From Candidatus Babeliales bacterium (GTDB lineage: Bacteria > Babelota > Babeliae > Babelales > JACPOV01), in NCBI GenBank assembly GCA_036260945.1, contig DATALT010000002.1, positions 731,938-795,937 of the forward strand: 64,000 nt of DNA, given 5' to 3'. How positions within the stretch are numbered: the stretch's first letter is position 1; each line of letters starts with the position of its first letter. Below the pieces are notes generated by a model. That model searched no databases. It saw only the letters and a program-made list of their open reading frames with translations, and was not told where the DNA came from. Below are positions 59,374 through 64,000 of the stretch, in pieces. The position numbers were made by a program, and so were the translations under genes.

Positions 59374-60031
59374 ATGGAAACTTATCAATATTTAGCTTTT
59401 TCCAATCCGCATCAAATAGTTGAATGCCGCGATCTGTAAGTAAATGACTGCTCGCTTGTTCTAGCACTACAACAGGGAGTGTCGCTGCATCTGAGCCGGC
59501 CGCAATTGCTTCATGAAGATGCCGCACAGAACGAAGCGATGCTGCAAGCAAACCGGTTTGATAATCGTAGCAATCAAGCATATCGCCAATTTCAAAAAGA
59601 AGATCGCTTCCGCGTACATCGATATCATCCCATCTTCCGATAAACGGCGAAATATAGGCAACGCCAAGTTTGCACATAAAAAGAGCTTGCTCAAGGGTGA
59701 AAACAAGCGTTACATTCACACGCAATCTATCTTCCACTAATTTTTTGATGACCGCATAATAATCTTTGTGGCAAGGCACTTTTACAAGAATATTTTTATG
59801 CAATTTTGCGATTTGATGAGCTTGTTCATAAACTTTTTTTGGTTCTTTTTCGGTAATTTCTACCGAAATTTCCCCAGCAGGAAGCAATGCACAAATCTCA
59901 TTCACTGTTTGCCGCGGATTACCGCCAGCTTTTGATAAATGCGATGGATTAGTGGTAACGCCATCAATAAGGCCAGTTGTTGCCCATTGGCGAATTAATC
60001 CTATATCAGCCGTATCGAGAAATATCTTCAT
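59372..60031 (-). CDS. tal: transaldolase (short fructose-6-phosphate-aldolase-like type)
   Basis: MKIFLDTADIGLIRQWATTGLIDGVTTNPS N-terminus; catalytic Lys region ILVKVP. Confidence 0.85.
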   Translation of the reverse strand: MKIFLDTADIGLIRQWATTGLIDGVTTNPSHLSKAGGNPRQTVNEICALLPAGEISVEITEKEPKKVYEQAHQIAKLHKNILVKVPCHKDYYAVIKKLVEDRLRVNVTLVFTLEQALFMCKLGVAYISPFIGRWDDIDVRGSDLLFEIGDMLDCYDYQTGLLAASLRSVRHLHEAIAAGSDAATLPVVVLEQASSHLLTDRGIQLFDADWKKLNIDKFP

Positions 60032-60249
60032 ATATTTTTTTTCCTGTTTTATCCCCACAAATTCCAACTGATCTATCAACAGTATCGCCCCAGATTATTA
60101 TTGACGTCAAGAAAGCTAGATCTCTTTTTCCCCCACAATCATGACTGAAAGTCATGTGAGCAGATTAAAAATTCTTGCAGAGCTTCAAGTGCCTTGTTTA
60201 TGGTAACATTTATAGGTCATTTATTTGTCAAAAAAAGGAGACAACTTCC

Positions 60250-60459
60250 ATGGCACAATTCAAATTCAGTAAACTGGATACCACTACCCAAGGTATTATT
60301 TTATTTACCCTCGGCGTCGTACTTTTACTCTATACACTTAACATTTTCACCGCTTGGTTCAATGCAATTCTCATCATCAGCGCATTTGCGATGCTCGTAA
60401 TCGGCGCAATAAAATTAGAATTACCTGAGCGCTTGAAAAAATTATTCAAAAAACGCTAA
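60250..60459 (+). CDS. small two-TM membrane protein (69 aa)
   Basis: AAGGAG Shine-Dalgarno 7 nt before the ATG; two hydrophobic helices; basic C-terminus. Confidence 0.4.
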   Translation: MAQFKFSKLDTTTQGIILFTLGVVLLLYTLNIFTAWFNAILIISAFAMLVIGAIKLELPERLKKLFKKR

Positions 60460-60547
60460 CGGGGACAATTGCTCTAACGCACTTCGCTCCTAGATCTCTT
60501 CATTTTTCTATATCTATAGCTAGAGATAATCTAGACGCTCAACCAAT

Positions 60548-60584
60548 CTGCTGCTTGTACCTTTCACTTGAGTACAAGCAGCAG
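60548..60584. terminator. 13-bp perfect-stem hairpin between convergent genes
   Basis: CTGCTGCTTGTAC-11nt-GTACAAGCAGCAG; the flanks are only weakly U-rich. Confidence 0.45.
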
Positions 60585-60592
60585 AAGTTAAT

Positions 60593-63500
60593 TTAGTTCG
60601 TTTCTTGTTTAGTAATAATAACGCGTGTTGGCACGGCCATCTTAATATTGTGCTCTCTAAATAGTTTTGTCAGCCCCAATCGAACATCACTGGCAATATC
60701 CCATTTACGCATAATATTCACATCGCTCACAAATCCGCGTACTTTGAATCTAAAACCGTTTTCATCAAAATCGTTCAAGCGCACTACCGGGCGCGGGCTT
60801 TTGAGTACATCAGGATTATTTTCCAGAACATGCAAAATTAACGATTTAACTTTTACCGGATCGGTATCGAACGGTACCGTAAAATCGATATCATCAAACC
60901 CTATGAAATTGCGCGCATAGTTCCAATTATTAATTGGCCTACTTAAAATCATAGAATTAGGAACGATGATCGTATAACTATCGCGTCGACGCATAATAAT
61001 TGAACGAGGGGTAATTTTTCGTACCACACCTTCATAATCGGCATCGATCATAATATAATCGCCCACCTGAATCGGGCGCTGTACTAAAATAATGAAATAC
61101 GAAATAAAGTCACCAATTGGTTCTTTAACAATGTAACCAATCGAACCGATTACAACACCAATTGCTAGAAGTAGCGTGCCAAGGCCGCCCCATTGAAAAC
61201 CAAAATAAATCGCTATAACAATAATAAGATAGCGTAAAATACTTGTAACCGTATTTTGCACTCCCAAATCAACCGGCAATAGATCAAAAATTAATTTGAG
61301 CACAAATCGATTAATGAGAAGCGCGAGTACAAATCCACCAGCGATAAATGAAAGCACCACGAATAATTTAAGAGGCGTGAAATAAATGAGTTGCCCCGTT
61401 GTTTTATCCACACCGGTATCAAAAAGTTGAAAATTAAGTGCTTGAGAAACATCGTTCCATGAAAATGGAATCATCCAAATGCGCGTTGCAACAACAACTG
61501 CAAAACAAAGCGTCACAATAAAAAGCGCAATCACAGAAAGACCATACAACGTTTTTGCATAGGCAAACCGTTCATGAGTCGATTCATCATCCGCTGCAAA
61601 ATAGGCGGCAGATAAAAAGCGTCTAATGTAAAGATTTGCAATCATCACGAGCTTTGCAAGTACAACCGTTCCGATCGCGCCCCATAAAATATAGGAGATC
61701 AAATTGCCATAACCCCCAACATACGGATCACTAATAATCATGATCCCCACGATAGCCGCGAGCAATAAATAATAATACGTATTTATATATTTCGAGATCC
61801 AAGCACCAATAGTACCTTGGCGCGAAATAAACGTTACCACCTCTTTTCTGCCAATCGCAAAAATTACTAAAATACGCAAAAAGAGAGAGTAGGTGGCTAA
61901 AAGAATCGTAGGCAATTCAGATTTATGGATGGTTGCCGCAATAAATGCTTCACGAAATAAAAGTACAATAATTGAAACGTATGAAAAAATATAGGCAACC
62001 GATGCAAAGCGAGGCTCAAAAGACTTACCAAAAAGCGGATAGTTTTGCGTACGATTTAATCCGATAACAAAACGAACTGAGCGCGTGGCAACATACAAAA
62101 AGAATGGGATAGAAACTAAATAAAAAATAACCTTCAAGAAAAGATCGGTAATAAAATCCTGAGAGAAAGCGACAAAGAACACCGACCATATAAAAAGCGG
62201 CAGGAAATGCTTTTCTATGCAAAAAAGAATCATCCCAGAAATACGTGCTAAATAAAAAACAATTTTATGAATTGGCGTTGCGGCCAAAAGCCATCCGCGA
62301 ATGATTGCGATCAAACGACGCAAGTAATTATAGAGAAGTACGAGTAAAAATGCGCAACCAATCAGCATCAGCACTAAAAGTGGGCGCTGCAATAAATCGG
62401 TAAACGAAGCGACAAACGATTTCCACCCAACTTTACTCATCGCATTTTGCGCCAACTGCTGAACATCTTTGAAAAAAACATTCAGATCGGGAAAGAAATT
62501 AGTCAGCCCGCGCCAAGAAATCGCGTATTCAGATCGCTGCCAAATACTTTTTGCTTCCAACTCTCCGAGTACAAAGTTTAATTCTTTGTTTGTTTCATCA
62601 AGCGTTGCAATAAGATTTGATTCAACTTCAATCAATCTGCTCGTGTTTTCTATCTGCTCTGCAATTACTTTTTCAGAATCTGCAAGACGTTCAACAATGG
62701 CGGTATAGCGCGTTGGATAACGCTTGAAAACCAGATCTTGCTCGTTTTGTACTTCTTGAATAAATGCTTTGAGATTTGCAGCTTCTTTGTTTTGCAAATT
62801 CAATAAATTCGTCGTAGCATTTCGTTTATCGTTAAGTAACGCTAATTCACGCTGCGTTTCAGCACTTTGTTCCTTAAAGCGTTTAACAAACGCTCCAATT
62901 TCGTCACTCGATTTGAAACGACGCTGGGTTACTTGTTGCCACATGGAAAGAATAGCGGAGCTGATCTCTTGCCGCTTAAAATTTGCGTCTTCTAGATCGA
63001 TCTGCGCATGCAAATATTCTATTTTTCTATCAATAAGCTGGATTTGTGCGTTTTTGGAGCCTATCTCAGTAATCGCACTATACCCTTCTGGCGTTTTATT
63101 GGTAATACTCCACGAAGCAATATCCCGTTCGCTCACCGCATAGCGACGACTTAATAAATCAAGTTCTCTTTTTAACCGTTCACGCTCTGCAGTCAGCGAT
63201 TTAATTTCTTGATACAGTTTATCTTTTGCTTCGAGCGCTTCGGTTTTGCTTTTTTCAATTTTTTCCCGAGCCGCAATCACTTCCGTATCGGAGACACGAA
63301 ATGCACCTTTTATTTTATTAAGGTTCTCTTTTAATATTTTTAATTTTTCATTTTCAAGAAAAATTTTCGTATTAATGAGAGAAATTTTGCGCACCATTTC
63401 AATAACTTTAAGGTCTGCTACCTGCTTTTCATAGTTCGCAAAACGCTCAGTTAAATCAAGGAGCTCGCCACGCTGCGCAAAATTAAACTCTTTATAAAGA

Positions 63501-64000
63501 GTAACCGTCTTGCTGCCAAAATCTTCTTGGGCTCGCTTCTTTTCTTGGTACTCCTTTTGCGCAAGAGCCGCTTTCTTTTTGCGGTTATCAAGCTCTACGA
63601 GCGCATCGTTTTTCTGCGTGGCAAGCTGAGCAACCGCATCTTCTTGATACACCACTTTTTGGTTTGCACTGCGCAGTGCATCAAAATTATAAAATGCGCG
63701 CGGCTCAATAATTAAAGATTTAAAGGCTGGGTCTTTTTTATGATCTTCAAGCGCTTTGATATGCGCTTCAAGATCGGCGGTAATTTCTTTACGTACAAGC
63801 TGCATGTTAAAAAGAGCTTGATGGATTTCATTGAGCGATGAAATCTTTTTATTAAAGAAATCCGCATCTTTACCTTGAGCTGCACGCTGAGCGTTCTTTA
63901 CCTCTACCAAAGCGCGATCGGTCAGCTCTAACTGATTCGCTATCTTTTTTTGCTGCTCTTGATTTGCAGGCTTCCACTTTTTATCTTCTCCTTTTACATG
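60593..64000 (-). CDS. MscK/KefA-like large mechanosensitive channel (MscS family), N-terminus beyond the window
   Basis: Long coiled-coil periplasmic region, about 11 TM segments, C-terminal MscS domain; the reading frame stays open to the window end. Confidence 0.8.
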   Translation of the reverse strand, partial: HVKGEDKKWKPANQEQQKKIANQLELTDRALVEVKNAQRAAQGKDADFFNKKISSLNEIHQALFNMQLVRKEITADLEAHIKALEDHKKDPAFKSLIIEPRAFYNFDALRSANQKVVYQEDAVAQLATQKNDALVELDNRKKKAALAQKEYQEKKRAQEDFGSKTVTLYKEFNFAQRGELLDLTERFANYEKQVADLKVIEMVRKISLINTKIFLENEKLKILKENLNKIKGAFRVSDTEVIAAREKIEKSKTEALEAKDKLYQEIKSLTAERERLKRELDLLSRRYAVSERDIASWSITNKTPEGYSAITEIGSKNAQIQLIDRKIEYLHAQIDLEDANFKRQEISSAILSMWQQVTQRRFKSSDEIGAFVKRFKEQSAETQRELALLNDKRNATTNLLNLQNKEAANLKAFIQEVQNEQDLVFKRYPTRYTAIVERLADSEKVIAEQIENTSRLIEVESNLIATLDETNKELNFVLGELEAKSIWQRSEYAISWRGLTNFFPDLNVFFKDVQQLAQNAMSKVGWKSFVASFTDLLQRPLLVLMLIGCAFLLVLLYNYLRRLIAIIRGWLLAATPIHKIVFYLARISGMILFCIEKHFLPLFIWSVFFVAFSQDFITDLFLKVIFYLVSIPFFLYVATRSVRFVIGLNRTQNYPLFGKSFEPRFASVAYIFSYVSIIVLLFREAFIAATIHKSELPTILLATYSLFLRILVIFAIGRKEVVTFISRQGTIGAWISKYINTYYYLLLAAIVGIMIISDPYVGGYGNLISYILWGAIGTVVLAKLVMIANLYIRRFLSAAYFAADDESTHERFAYAKTLYGLSVIALFIVTLCFAVVVATRIWMIPFSWNDVSQALNFQLFDTGVDKTTGQLIYFTPLKLFVVLSFIAGGFVLALLINRFVLKLIFDLLPVDLGVQNTVTSILRYLIIVIAIYFGFQWGGLGTLLLAIGVVIGSIGYIVKEPIGDFISYFIILVQRPIQVGDYIMIDADYEGVVRKITPRSIIMRRRDSYTIIVPNSMILSRPINNWNYARNFIGFDDIDFTVPFDTDPVKVKSLILHVLENNPDVLKSPRPVVRLNDFDENGFRFKVRGFVSDVNIMRKWDIASDVRLGLTKLFREHNIKMAVPTRVIITKQETN

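Noticed and set aside
1-64000. tRNA, rRNA, CRISPR, insertion sequences or prophage
   Set aside because: All intergenic regions longer than 80 bp were scanned for tRNA-like acceptor and T-arm signatures (GTTCGA/GTTCAA plus CCA) and for spaced direct repeats. None found. No transposase- or integrase-like translations.

Overview
AT-rich bacterial chromosomal segment (mid-30s % GC by eye) with about 60 protein-coding genes. I found no rRNA, tRNA, CRISPR array, transposase or integrase by eye.

Housekeeping backbone: sbcD (5'-partial), two tandem SurA/PpiD-like chaperones, comFC, pgpA, lspA, pheT, an ABC ATPase and permease pair, trhO, murB, a yhhQ-tgt queuosine-salvage pair, a TrmH-family methyltransferase, mraY, mnmG, two APC amino-acid permeases, an SPFH protein, tkt, lgt, dnaG-rpoD, a CNNM/TlyC transporter, typA, truA, a GNAT acetyltransferase, a HAD hydrolase, an MFS transporter, gpmI, rsmE, a GT4 glycosyltransferase, a transaldolase and a large MscK-like mechanosensitive channel (partial at the window end).

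Between these lie many lineage-specific secreted or membrane 'hypotheticals'. The most notable are:
- a tandem array of five paralogous genes (56.1-59.3 kb), each encoding a signal peptide, then a second Gly-zipper hydrophobic lobe (a bilobed N-terminal hydrophobic domain reminiscent of chlamydial Inc proteins), a variable middle and a C-terminal hydrophobic anchor followed by basic residues;
- three dispersed genes with a related C-terminal anchor ending in FVWWK-like residues;
- a secreted RGG/GW low-complexity protein encoded by a GC-rich tandem-repeat island;
- a sigma-70 carrying a histone-H1-like Lys/Ala/Pro-rich N-terminal extension;
- a protein with a eukaryotic-type kinase catalytic-loop motif next to an LRR-like gene pair split by a frameshift at a poly-A tract.

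Several strong intrinsic terminators and palindromic operator-like sites are visible. The gene content (salvage transporters, amino-acid permeases, eukaryote-like motifs) fits a host-associated, possibly intracellular, bacterium. The phylum cannot be assigned from this sequence alone.
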